From positions 1,536,001-1,600,000 of the forward strand of contig OZ243972.1 in NCBI GenBank assembly GCA_965214705.1: a stretch of DNA of 64,000 nucleotides. The letters run 5' to 3'. Each line of letters opens with the position of its first letter. Within the stretch, counting starts at the first letter, position 1. Origin of the DNA: Alphaproteobacteria bacterium. Lineage in GTDB: Bacteria; Pseudomonadota; Alphaproteobacteria; UBA828. Under the pieces are notes generated by a model. It was given only the letters and a program-made list of their open reading frames with translations, had not been told where the DNA came from and did not search any database. This document shows, piece by piece, positions 29,001-39,186 of this stretch. Made by a program: the position numbers and the translations under genes.

Positions 29001-29222
29001 ATGTCTGTCTGGTCCTACACGAATCCGGTCGACCACGCCGCGACCCTCATGGTGCTGCTCGCCGCGGCAGAGCACGAGTTCCCCGACTTCGATCCCGAGC
29101 GTCCGCCCAAGACCCCTGTGTCGCCCCACCTGCGGTGGGCAGTTCAAAGGCCTCTCGAGGACCATGCCCTGCACCGGATAGTCTGCTATCCGCGAGCGAA
29201 GTCGGTCTCGGTGCGGTGCAAA
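29001..29222 (+). pseudogene. hypothetical protein truncated by an IS66 end
   Basis: RBS GAGGG; the frame runs into GTAAGCG at 29223. Confidence 0.4.
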
Positions 29223-29805
29223 GTAAGCGGTATCGAGGCCCCATACTTTCAACGCATCTGATTTCGCGGCTGACTCTTGGGCTTGGCAAGGAGCCTTGGA
29301 GGAGGCATCGCGATGAAGGATTTGGATTTGCTGCGTGGCCACGAGTTCGGCGGCCACTCGGTCGAGGCGCGAGCGCCTGAAGAAGCCGCCCCATCTGGCG
29401 CAGCCCCATCTACGGCAACTGTTCCGGCTGATCACACTCGGCGGTCATGGTCCGCCGAGGAGAAGGCACGGATCGTCGCGGAGAGCGACGGGCCGGGAGT
29501 TGTGCAGAAGGAGGTCGCGGCTCGCCACGGCATCAGCGCACAAACTCTTCGTCAGTGGCGCAGTCGGTCAGCGGCTTCCGGGAAGCGGCGTGGCCGGCCT
29601 TGGCCGGCTGATGTGAAGGCGCGGATCGTTGCGGAGAGCGAGCGCCCGGATTCATCGATATCGGCAGTTGCCCGCCGTCACGGCGTCAGCGAGAAGACGC
29701 TGCGCACCTGGCGTCGCCAGGCGGCGAGTGACGCTGGTGGCGATCGGCAGGGAGCCGGGTCTTCGCCCCCCTATATTCCGGTTGTAGTTGACGGGTCTGC
29801 GTCCG
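29223..29805 (+). mobile_element. IS66 remnant (left end plus partial tnpA)
   Basis: GTAAGCG end; tandem HTH RRSWSAEEKARIV; nearly identical to tnpA at 63438-64000. Confidence 0.8.
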
Positions 29806-29924
29806 GGCAGACGATGGCGACCGGCTCGCTCCGCGCCCTCGGATGGGAGGACGCCCGGTGCGACGACAACGGATCGGGCCCAGCCCGCGATGCGAAGTGC
29901 GGTCCGGTCCGCGCACCGAACCGT

Positions 29925-30250
29925 CGGCGCAACCGCGGGAGCGACAGAGGAGGAAGCGCCGGTGGAGGCCGGGAGCTTTTCGATCGCCGCTCTCGGCGGG
30001 TACATCCAGACCCGGCGTGGCATCCCACGTCCGGCGCCGGGGCGCCGCCGGGGCGCGGACGAGCGCTTTCGGCGCTTCCCGCGCTTGTTGCCGCCAATAC
30101 GGCTCTCTACGAAGCCATGCGTGCGCCAGGCGGCGACCCCGCGCTCTCCGAACGGCTCGGTGTCGCAAAGGGCGAGGTCCGGCGCCTCATCGACCTGGAT
30201 TATCCCTCGCCCATCGGCAGGTCGAAGCGGCTCTCCGTGCGCTCGGGCGG
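29925..30250 (+). pseudogene. hicB: HicB-like antitoxin remnant
   Basis: GATEEEA...AALGGY...IPRP and LYEAMR...LSERLGV...VRRLIDLD lie in different frames. Confidence 0.55.
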
Positions 30251-30293
30251 CGGCAAACATATCGTGTGTTGCCGACACGAATTTGCCGGGAGG

Positions 30294-30555
30294 TGTCGAG
30301 CACATTTTGAGTTGACCGGTCTATGTACCAAATGAGTTGACCGCTTCTGTTGTTGTGGTTGGCCTGTGGGGGGAAGTGGTCAGGCGCGGAGCGACTGTTC
30401 ACTTGTCCACAGGCCCCTGGCTGGTCGCGTCGAAGCGTCTCACGCGGCCTGCCGGGTTGGCGTGTCGATGGGCTCGCCCGTGGCCCGGTATCGTGCCAGG
30501 CACCGGGGACCGTGGAAGACGGCCAGCGTGTCGTCGGGATACTCGTGCATGACAG
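30294..30555 (-). mobile_element. ISNCY/IS1202-like right-end remnant
   Basis: TGT terminus with repeated TGAGTTGACCG sites; transposase tail HEYPDDTLAVFHGPRCLARY. Confidence 0.7.
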
Positions 30556-30605
30556 TCGTCTCGATTCCCGATAGTGTGTGGGCGATCTCGTAACAGGAGC
30601 TGACT

Positions 30606-31610
30606 ATGTGCCGCCTTGCGGCAATTGCCGTCGTTGGTGCCCTTCTGCTCCTCCCGTCTATTGCGTCCGCTGTCTGCGAGGGGCAGGACTTGCGCGAAAC
30701 GCTGGCGCCGGAAGCGATGCGAGAGCTTCGCGCCCGCGCGGCGGACATGGCCTTCCACGAAGGGATCGCATTCGAAGCGCTGCGCGGCGAGAAGCGCCTG
30801 ACACTGTTCGGCACGATGCACGTCACCGACCCGGGAGTCTTCGTCCCGGAGGAGATCGCCGCACGCGTCGAGGGGGCCGACCTGTTGTTGGTGGAAGTGC
30901 CGTCCGACGTGATGGCGGACTTCGACCGAACACTCGTGGCAGACCCGGCGCTACTGTTCGACGCCGAAGGTCCGGGCCTGAAGAGCCGGCTCACGGCCGA
31001 TGAGTGGGAAACTCTGCGCGGGGCGTTCGCGGCCCTGGAGATTGAGTCTGAGGTGGGAGACATGATGCGACCGTGGTTCGCCTCCCTCATGCTCAGCCTC
31101 CCGGCGTGCGAAATGGCCGCCGTGGCGGCTGGCGCGAGAGTTCTCGACGAGCGCGTCGAGGCGCTGGCGCACGCCGCAGGTGTTGCGGTCGGTGGCCTGG
31201 ACGACGACCCCGAGAAGGTCCTCTCCTTCTTCTCTGACCCTTCGGAAGAGGAACAGCTCGAGCTGTTGCGATTGTCGCTCGCGACCTACGCTCTGGCAGA
31301 CGAATACGTCGTGACTCTCGTCAGCGCATGGAACGACGAGGAGACCGCTCTGGTCTGGGAACTGATCCGCGTCTCTGCCGTTGGGTTACACGCGGAGGAC
31401 GCGGCATTGATGGATGTCTGGATGGATCGTATCTGGGAGATTCTCGTCGTTGCGAGAAACCGGAACTGGATGACGGCAATTCTCCAACGAAGCCACGAGG
31501 CGCAGGATGTCGTCGTTGCGATGGGCGCGTTGCATCTGCCCGGCGAGGACGGGCTGCTCCGCCTCCTCGAGCGGGAAGGCTTTGCGATACGCCGCCTGAG
31601 TGTCTTCTGA
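30606..31610 (+). CDS. TraB/GumN (Tiki-like) family secreted protein
   Basis: Signal peptide, LFGTMH, RPW, RNRNW, VAMGALHLPGEDGL. Confidence 0.88.
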   Translation: MCRLAAIAVVGALLLLPSIASAVCEGQDLRETLAPEAMRELRARAADMAFHEGIAFEALRGEKRLTLFGTMHVTDPGVFVPEEIAARVEGADLLLVEVPSDVMADFDRTLVADPALLFDAEGPGLKSRLTADEWETLRGAFAALEIESEVGDMMRPWFASLMLSLPACEMAAVAAGARVLDERVEALAHAAGVAVGGLDDDPEKVLSFFSDPSEEEQLELLRLSLATYALADEYVVTLVSAWNDEETALVWELIRVSAVGLHAEDAALMDVWMDRIWEILVVARNRNWMTAILQRSHEAQDVVVAMGALHLPGEDGLLRLLEREGFAIRRLSVF

Positions 31611-31738
31611 GGGCATCCTGGCGTGACGCCGCGCCGCTTGGCTGCAGTCGGGTTGCAGTCAGCGGTGTCCGTCATGCGTCGAATGCCCGGGTCCCTGGTC
31701 GTGGCGCGCACCATCGCGGCATGCGTCTCCGGCGGACG

Positions 31739-31868
31739 TGTCGAGCACAATCTGAGTTGACCGGTTTATGTACCAAATGAGTTGACCGCTTCTGTTGCTG
31801 TTGTTGGGCCTGTGGGGAAGTGGTCAGGCGCGGAGCGGCTGTCCACTTCCCCACAGGCCCCTGGCCGG
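31739..31868 (-). mobile_element. second ISNCY/IS1202-like right-end remnant
   Basis: Imperfect direct repeat of 30294-30425. Confidence 0.7.
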
Positions 31869-31879
31869 TCCCGTCGAAG

Positions 31880-32090
31880 CGGATCGCGCCGGCGTTCCTC
31901 GCCGACTGCGCCGAACACTGGAAGCCCGCGACGCGGCGCGCGCACGCGGACGGCATGAACCGTTTCATACTGCCCGCCTTCGGCGATCGGTGCGTCGATA
32001 CGATCGGCGCGAAGGACGTACGCAACTGGTTCGACGATCTCTCGGTCACGCGGGCGGGATCGGCGAACCGGGCGCTGGCGGTGCTGTCAT
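31880..32090 (+). pseudogene. tyrosine integrase internal fragment
   Basis: HWKPAT...ILPAFGDR.VD.I...DVRNWF...ANRALAVLS; similar to 35833-36954. Confidence 0.65.
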
Positions 32091-32124
32091 CCTAAATCCC
32101 GCAGTTGGGGGCGATGATCGGTCG

Positions 32125-32293
32125 AAAGGCTTATCCCTCTGGCTCCGGTTCCCCAACATGTTGTACCGGCCACCTCGGCGGCGGTACCCGACACGATCGC
32201 AGTTCCTTCCGTGTCTCAAGGGGTTGCCCGTAAAGTGCCCAACGATCCGGCACCCCACATATGGAGAAGCCGGATGTAAGGGGATAAGCCTTT
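32125..32293 (-). mobile_element. 169-bp MITE-like element, copy B
   Basis: Same TIR AAAGGCTTATCCC and same length as copy A; 6-bp direct repeat CGGTCG. Confidence 0.75.
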
Positions 32294-33104
32294 CGGTCGA
32301 TTTCCGGGCTCAATTTCAGCCTGCCAGCGCAGGCCGAGGCGGTGGAATCCAGGGCTGGCGACCCGGCTGGCGGCCCCGGAGGTACTTCTTCAGCGCTTCC
32401 GCCAGGATCCGGCGCCAGCGATCCTCAGCGCTCAACTGCTCCGCACTTGTCAGCAGTGTCTGGAAGAAGCGGGTGATCCGCCGCAACGCCGCGACCACGG
32501 CCCCCCGCCGCCCGTGGCTCGACGTCACCGTCAGCCGGGTTTGACCGGCGTGATGGGTCTGGCGGGCAACCCCATGCAGCAGGAGCGCTCGGCTGGTGAT
32601 CGCCTCGCGGTGGTGATCGGGGTCCGCCAAGCGCACGAACAGGCTCCACCAATTGTAAATGAGCGCGATCAGCCGGGCCATGTGCTGGCAGCCCTTCAGG
32701 TCTCGCGTGGTGAAGCCGCCCCAGCCCCACTGGTTCTTCAACTCGTCGAAGCCGTTCTCCGCGTCCGCCCGATCTCGGTAGAGCTGGGCGATCGAGAGAA
32801 CCTCCAGATCCAGAGACGTCGCCAGAACCGCAAACTCCCACACCTTGGTGCTAGGCTGCGCGTCGGCCCAGAAGAGATCGCCTTGACCGTCGTCTGCGCG
32901 CGTCAGCGCCACCGTCCCGGGAAGCCGACGGCGCAGCACCACCACGCGACGCGTCCGGCTCCAGCCATGCAAGCGAAGCTCGGCCTCGATCCCCGACCAG
33001 CCCGGGCCCGCGTCCGTCCACTCGTCCCGCGTCATCAGGCACTCGGCAAGCCGGCGCGCGCCCTTCGTCAGGCGCAGTTTGAACAGATAGTCGAGACCCG
33101 CCGC

Positions 33105-33316
33105 GGGTGCAATTCTCGTATGGCGATGATTGACTCTGCTTGATCCATGAGTTCCTGCGGTGCGGAGCATCCTCACCTCCCGGTCACGCCCACTGTCGTG
33201 ACAAAATCCTGCCCTGGAACGGGCGATTGTCACGAAACTACGATTTCGCCTGTTTGCCTCGACCCATGAACCGCGTTGTATCAATGGCTTACGATTGCCA
33301 TACGAGAACTACACCC
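33105..33316. mobile_element. 212-bp MITE (IS1595-like ends)
   Basis: 23-bp imperfect TIR GGGTGCAATTCTCGTATGGCGAT; 8-bp TSD CCCGCCGC. Removal rejoins ...SCEAAG-LDYLFKL. Confidence 0.85.
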
Positions 33317-33758
33317 CCCGCCGCCTCGCACGACGCCATGTTGCCCTCGTTGCCCCAGTCCTTGTCGCCCCGTACGAGCCGCGGCCAGTTCTCACGGCCG
33401 AGGCGCTCAAGCAAGGCCCACAGCGAAGGCGCCGCGTTCTTCGAGTGGTGACGGTTCCCGGGCGCGACATCGACGTCCAGCACAAGGCGCGTGCCCGCCA
33501 TCAGGAACGCATGGTAGGCATGCGACGGACGGCCCGGCTTCTTTGGGTTGTAGCTCACCACAGCCCCCTCCTGGTGAGAGGGCGCAGGCTTTCAGCGGGG
33601 GTCGGGGCCTGATCCGCTCAGATTAGTTGGTGTATTGGGGAGGGTGCCCCCCGGCGATCTTGCAAGAAGTTCGCCGAGGGGCTTTGTCTCGGTGACGGTG
33701 AATCAACCTGAGACGCCCCAATGTCGCACACCCCATGCATCGGCAAAGGCACACTTTA

Positions 33759-34689
33759 GAGCCTGGCCGGAAATGAATCGTTTATTTTCCTAGTCTTGCG
33801 AGTCTACGGATGAAGAGCTGGATGCTGGCGACCAGGAGCCACGCGAGAGCGCTCTCGATGGTCGCCTCGAAATCCTTCGCAAGACGGCGGCTGCGCCCGA
33901 ACCATGCGAAGGTGCGTTCAACCACCCAGCGGCGCGGCAGCACAACGAACCCGTCCGCCGTTGTCGTCACGCTTGACGATCTCTACAGTCCAGTCGCCAA
34001 TCTTCTTCAGCGCCTCGGCCAGTTTCGGACCTGCGTAGGCGCCGTCGGCGAAGATATGGCTGACCTCGGGAAACCATGCCCCCACCTCGGCAAGCAGCGA
34101 GGGCGCGCCGTCGCGGTCCTGGATGTCGGCCTCGTGGACCGCAGCGCCGAGCAGCCGGCCACCGGTGTCGACCAGGATATGGCGCTTGCGGCCCATCACC
34201 TTCTTGCCCGCGTCAAACCCGCGCGGACCGCCGCTTTCCGTGGTTTTCACCGACTGGCTGTCGATCACGCCTGCCGTCGCGCCGGCGGCACGGCCCTCGG
34301 CCTCGCGCGTGCGCGCCAGGAGCGCGCGGTTGGCTTCGTGCCACGTCCCGTCGTCCCGCCACTTGTAGAAATAGTACTGGACCGTGCCGCGCGGCGGGAA
34401 CTCGCCGGGCAGCATGCGCCATTGGCAGCCGCTGCGGGCCATGTACAGGATCGCGTTCATCACTTCCCGCAGATCCGTCTTGCGCGGGCGGCCGAGCGAT
34501 GACGGCGGCGCCAGCAACGGTTCCAGCACCGCCCACTCCGCATCCGTCAGATCGCTTGCGTAGCGAAGCCCGCTCCGCTCATACTTCTCGCGAGTGGCGT
34601 CAGTCCACATCTTGTGTTCCCCTTGCTGTGGAACACAAGAAGTGAATCACAAAGGACTGATTCCACTCAATTCTTTTCCGGCCAGGCTC
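33759..34689 (-). mobile_element. IS5-family (IS1031-like) IS with a frameshifted transposase (33782-34610)
   Basis: IR GAGCCTGGCCGGAAA; TSD TTA; [28 protein letters not shown] (shifted frame). Confidence 0.88.
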
Positions 34690-35829
34690 TTAGGTGTTCA
34701 TGAGGGTTGCGATGGCTTGCCCTACCCTCTCGGCCGCGTGCTCGACTTCCCGGTCCTTGAGATGGGCGTAACGCAGTGTCGTCCGCACATCGGAATGGCC
34801 GAGCAGTCGGGCGACCACCGGCACCGGCACGCCGTTCATCACTGCATGGCTGGCATATGTGTGCCGGAGGTCGTGAAGGCGAACGTCCTCAATGCCGGCT
34901 TCCCGCCGGGCGCGATCCCAGAACGCGATCTCGCGACTGCGGGGTCGGGCGGGGACTCCAGGCGACGGAAAGACGAACGGGCTTTCGCCGCGAGGCCGGC
35001 GCTCGAGAATGCGCCGGGCCTGGGTATTGAGGGGAACGATCCTGGGCCCGGTCTTGCCGTCGGCGAGGACCAGCCTATCGCGGTCTACCTCCGACCAGCG
35101 CAGCTGCAGTATCTCGCTCTTGCGGCATCCGGTCAGGAGCAGGAGCCGGATGATGTCCGCCTGCTCTCGGCGGCTGTCGTGGGTCTGCCTGTCCAGGACT
35201 CGATGGAGTCGAGCAACCTCCTCGCTGGACAGAAAGCGCGTGAGCATCCGTCTCGGGTTCCTGTCCACGCCCCGAGCCGGGTTGGTTTCGAGGTGGCCGC
35301 AGGCGATTGCGAAGTTGAAGATCTGCGTGAGAAGGTCGAGCGCGTGATTGGCGTTGCCCGGAGCGGTCCGGCTGAACCGGTCGAACCATTGTCCGACATG
35401 CGCCGGGGTAATCCGGTCGAGCGGCTTCGAGCCGAAGGCGGGCATCAACTGGCGGTCGAGCTGGGACTGAAAGCCCTTTCTCGTGGAAGGCTTGTATCCG
35501 TCGAAATGGGCTTCCTTCCAGGATCCCTCGACGAAGTCCCGGAACAGCGGAGCCACGTGCCTGGGCACGCCGACCGCTTCAGGTTCCGCCTTGCGCGCAT
35601 GGCATTCCCGGCGGACCTCCGCGACGGTTTTCAGCGACACCGGACCAAGAGAGACCCGCCGCGACCGCCCGCCGGTGTCCTCCAGCAGGACATAGCTCAG
35701 CCCACCGCTGGGCCGGACCCGAACCCCGAGGCCGACGAAGTGACTATCCCAAACCGTGTATTCTCGCTCGCGGGGGCGGAAACGGGCGATGGCACGGTCG
35801 GTCAGCCGCATGCGTTCTCTGCCGGCCAT
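34690..35829 (-). CDS. tyrosine integrase with arm-binding domain (2)
   Basis: VWD...GLGVRV, LLTGCRKSE, HDLRHTYAS, LLGH, RYAH. Confidence 0.93.
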   Translation of the reverse strand: MAGRERMRLTDRAIARFRPREREYTVWDSHFVGLGVRVRPSGGLSYVLLEDTGGRSRRVSLGPVSLKTVAEVRRECHARKAEPEAVGVPRHVAPLFRDFVEGSWKEAHFDGYKPSTRKGFQSQLDRQLMPAFGSKPLDRITPAHVGQWFDRFSRTAPGNANHALDLLTQIFNFAIACGHLETNPARGVDRNPRRMLTRFLSSEEVARLHRVLDRQTHDSRREQADIIRLLLLTGCRKSEILQLRWSEVDRDRLVLADGKTGPRIVPLNTQARRILERRPRGESPFVFPSPGVPARPRSREIAFWDRARREAGIEDVRLHDLRHTYASHAVMNGVPVPVVARLLGHSDVRTTLRYAHLKDREVEHAAERVGQAIATLMNT

Positions 35830-35832
35830 GGG

Positions 35833-36954
35833 TCAGGCCTCCAGCGCGGCACCGATGGTCTCGGCGGCCTCCATTACCGTCTTGTCGGCGAGGTGCGTGT
35901 ACTTCAGCGTGGTTTCCGGGTTCCGGTGACCGAGCAGCCTGGCGATGGTGAGGACGGTCTCGCCTTGGCGCAGGGCGATGCTGGCATGCGTGTGGCGGAG
36001 GTCGTGAAGGCGAACGCCGTGCAACCCGGCCTCGGCCCGGACCCTGTACCAGAACTTTTCGAGCCAGCCCTTGTTTCTTGGCCCCTTGCCGCGCGTCGCC
36101 GGAAACACCCATGGTCCGGTCCGGTTCAGCCCATCGAGAACGTTCCGGGCGGGCTGCGACAGCCAGACGGTGTGGGGCCCCGTTTTGGAGTCGCGGAGGA
36201 AGAGATGTCCGTCGCGGTAGTCGGACCAGCGGAGCGTCATGATCTCGCTCTTGCGGCATCCCGTCAGCAGGAGGAGGCGGACCGCGGCGACCTGCTGAGG
36301 GGCAGTCTCGGCATATGCCGACAGTCTTCCAGCCAAATGGCGTATCTCCTCGTCCGAGAGAAAGCGCGCGCGTCCCTTGCGGCGGTAGCGCCGGATGCCC
36401 AAGCAGGGGTTGGAGTCCTGCGGCCGCAGGCCCATGGCCTCCGCCTCCCTCATGATGACGGAGAGCACCGGCATGGACCGGTCGGCGGCGACCGGGGTCG
36501 CGCGCAGCGAGGCGAACCAGTCGCGGACATCCCGCCGATCGATGTCGGCGACTTGCCGTCCCTGGAAGCGAGGCAGGATCTGGTTTTTCAGGTAGCAGCG
36601 GTTCACATTCAGCGTTCGGGGCTTCCAGAGCCGCTGGTACCGCGCGAACACGGTCTCGGCGACGGCCTCGAAGAGGGTCTGGGCGGGATCGTGAGGCGGG
36701 TCCTCGCCGCGCCGGATCGCGGCGAGCGTGCGGACCGCGTCGGACCGCGCTTCGCCCGCACCCATGGTCGTAGCGTCGCCGACGATCTTCCAGACGCGTT
36801 CGCCTCGATGCTGGCAATGGACGAAGAAGCGCTTGCGGCCCGAGGGCAGAACTCGCACGCCGAAGCCCTTCAGCTTGGTATCGCGGACGGCGTAAGCGCT
36901 TTTGCGAGGCCGCAGCGCCTTGACGCGGGCGTCGGTCAGGATGACCTTGGGCAT
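35833..36954 (-). CDS. tyrosine integrase with arm-binding domain (1)
   Basis: VRD...GFGVRV, LLTGCRKSE, HDLRHTHAS, LLGH, KYTH. Confidence 0.93.
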   Translation of the reverse strand: MPKVILTDARVKALRPRKSAYAVRDTKLKGFGVRVLPSGRKRFFVHCQHRGERVWKIVGDATTMGAGEARSDAVRTLAAIRRGEDPPHDPAQTLFEAVAETVFARYQRLWKPRTLNVNRCYLKNQILPRFQGRQVADIDRRDVRDWFASLRATPVAADRSMPVLSVIMREAEAMGLRPQDSNPCLGIRRYRRKGRARFLSDEEIRHLAGRLSAYAETAPQQVAAVRLLLLTGCRKSEIMTLRWSDYRDGHLFLRDSKTGPHTVWLSQPARNVLDGLNRTGPWVFPATRGKGPRNKGWLEKFWYRVRAEAGLHGVRLHDLRHTHASIALRQGETVLTIARLLGHRNPETTLKYTHLADKTVMEAAETIGAALEA

Positions 36955-37077
36955 GAACCTTCTCCCGATTGCGGTTGCAGCCGGGGAAGGGCAGGTTGCC
37001 CAATCCGTTCCTCTGCAACAGTTTCCAGGAGAAAAAACGCCCCGTTGTCAGTTAGTTAGCACCGCAGGTGCGTATGG

Positions 37078-39104
37078 TGGTGTGGGAGCAGGTCAAGGAC
37101 CAGGGCTACCGGCCCACCGGCTGGCAGATCAGGCGCATGCTGACCGACGACCGCATCCCCGCCGGCGCCGCGCTCGCCCGCTACGTCGGGGTGGACACCT
37201 ACGAGGCCGCCGGCGGTCCCGTGCTGCGCGACCTCTTCGCCGACGAGCACGAGAACGGCGTCTGGCTGGAGGACCCCGCGCTGCTGATGCAGCTCGCCAC
37301 GGACCGCCTCAAGGTGGCGGCGGACGAGCTCGCCACGCGGTGGAAGTGGGCCGAGGCCCGGCTCGACGTCGAGTGGTCCGATCTCGCCCGCTTCGGGCGG
37401 GTGCGCCCCACGCCGGCCGAGCAGACCTGCGAGGAGCAGGCCGAGATCGAGCGGCTGCACACCCGACAGGGCGAGTTCGCCGAGTTGGACGACGACGAGT
37501 GGACCGAGGCCCTGTCCGAGGAAGCCGAGGGCATCGATACCCGCCTCGCGGAGATCGACGAGGCCATCAAGGCCCGCGCCGTCTTCAAGCCAGAGGATAT
37601 CTCCATCGCCGGGTGCATCGTCACAGTCGGCAACGACGGCACGCTCCAGGTCGTGCACGGTCTGGTGAAGCCCGAGGACATGCCGGCCGATCCCGACACC
37701 GCCACGTCGGGCGCCGCCTCCCAGGACGGTGTCGGTCAGGACGACGGCCGACAGGTCGGCTCCGGCATCCAGTCCCCCTCCGTCTCCGGCCCGGCCATGC
37801 CGCCCGCGCGGCCCGACCCGGAGGTCGAGGCGCGCAAGGAGGCCGGCGTCGGCATCGGTCTCGCCGACGACCTCCGCGCTATCAGGACCACGCTGGTCAA
37901 GGCGCATCTCGCCGACGACTTCGGGGCCGCCTTCGACCTCATGCTGTTCCAGATGGCACGCGCAGTGTTCACCCCGGGCTATCACGACCATGCGCTCGAC
38001 ATCGCGGTGCGCGAGACCCCGGACCGGCCGCCGCTCCGCGCCAACGACGACACCTTCCACGAGTCCAGCCCCGGCGAGGCCATGCTGGAAGATCGCTCCT
38101 CGCTCCGCTTCGACTGGCTGGAGATCGAGGACGGCGCGGAATCCTTCGCCGCGCTGAGGGCACTTGCCCCTAAGGACAAGAAGCGGCTGTTCGCCGCCTG
38201 CGTCGCGCGCACGCTCAAGGGCCAGCTCGCCTTCGAGGCGAATGCGCGACCCGAGACGGAAGCGACGGTGGCGCGGCTCGACATCGAGTTCGCGGAGCAC
38301 GTCCGGCCCGGCGCCGAAATGTTCTGGTCGCGGGTGCGCAAGGACAGGATGCTCAAGGTCGCCCGCGAGACCCTGGGCATCGAGTGGGCGCACACCCACC
38401 GCAAGGACAAGAAGGCAGCGCTGGCCACAGCGATGGAGACCGCCTTCGCGGCCGGAGACGCAGTGCCTCTGGGCGTCCCGAAGGAAGGACGCGCGGCTGC
38501 GCTGGCCTGGGTGCCGCCCGGCTTCGCCGCTTTCGACACAGGCCACGCCGACGACGGCGATGCGGCGACTCCGGCCCAGGCCGAGGGCGCAGCGTCCGGT
38601 GAGACGGCGACGGAGCCCGCGCCCTGTGCGACCGAGGCCGACCCCGCGCAGGAGACTTCACCCGTGGACGCGGAACCTTCGGATGACGCGCAGTCCAGCG
38701 GACAGCAGGACGCCGCGGCGGAGCAGCCCGAGCCGGCCGCGGACGGCGAGGCCCCCGAGTGCCGGGCGCCCGATACCGCCGATGCAGAACAGGCTGACCC
38801 GTCCGAACCGCCCAACGGGACCCCTGCGCCGGAGACCACCGCATCGCCCGGCCTCCCCAACGCGGAAGCTGTCGCCCCTACGGGCCACGACGCGATCGAA
38901 GCCGTGAACGCGGTTCCCGTCGCAGGCGGCGGGCCCAGGGTGATCGTGAACACCATCGGCTTCGAGAACGGCGGTGACGGCGACGCCGATGCGTCCACCG
39001 AAGACGTCCCGCCCACGCCGCCGGTTCCCGGCAACGGCCACGATACCGCCAGCGTCAGCGGCGGCGACGCGATGGATATCCCCGCCTTCCTACGCCGGAC
39101 GTAG
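37078..39104 (+). pseudogene. parB: ParB family protein, fragment 3 (C-terminal)
   Basis: RYVGVDTYEAAGG...RDLF...WLEDPALL, typical of large ICE ParB proteins. Confidence 0.85.
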
Positions 39105-39121
39105 GCGAAGCGTTCCTTCCC

Positions 39122-39155
39122 TGCGCCCCGCCGGCCGATGCGGCGGGGCGCATTT
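39122..39155 (+). terminator. hairpin downstream of parB
   Basis: TGCGCCCCGCCG/CGGCGGGGCGCA followed by TTT. Confidence 0.45.
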
Positions 39156-39186
39156 CCGCCCACCGCTTTCATGGGAGATCAACGCC

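Larger units (their letters stand above)
32091..33576 (-). mobile_element. IS1380-like element remnant interrupted by two MITEs
   Basis: End CCTAAATCCCGCAGTTG; transposase HQEGAVVSYNPKKPGRPSH...VRGD...YRDRADAENGFDELKNQWGWGGF; N-terminus missing. Confidence 0.7.

Noticed and set aside
29277-30335. Apparent TnpA-HicB fusion protein
   Set aside because: Chance read-through across an IS66 remnant and a decayed hicB.
33918-33970. Programmed frameshift in the IS5 transposase
   Set aside because: No slippery motif is visible, and IS1031-like transposases are normally a single ORF; likely a mutation.
38540-39060. Low-complexity Ala/Pro/Glu/Asp tail of ParB as a repeat element
   Set aside because: No discrete DNA repeat unit; an ordinary disordered linker.
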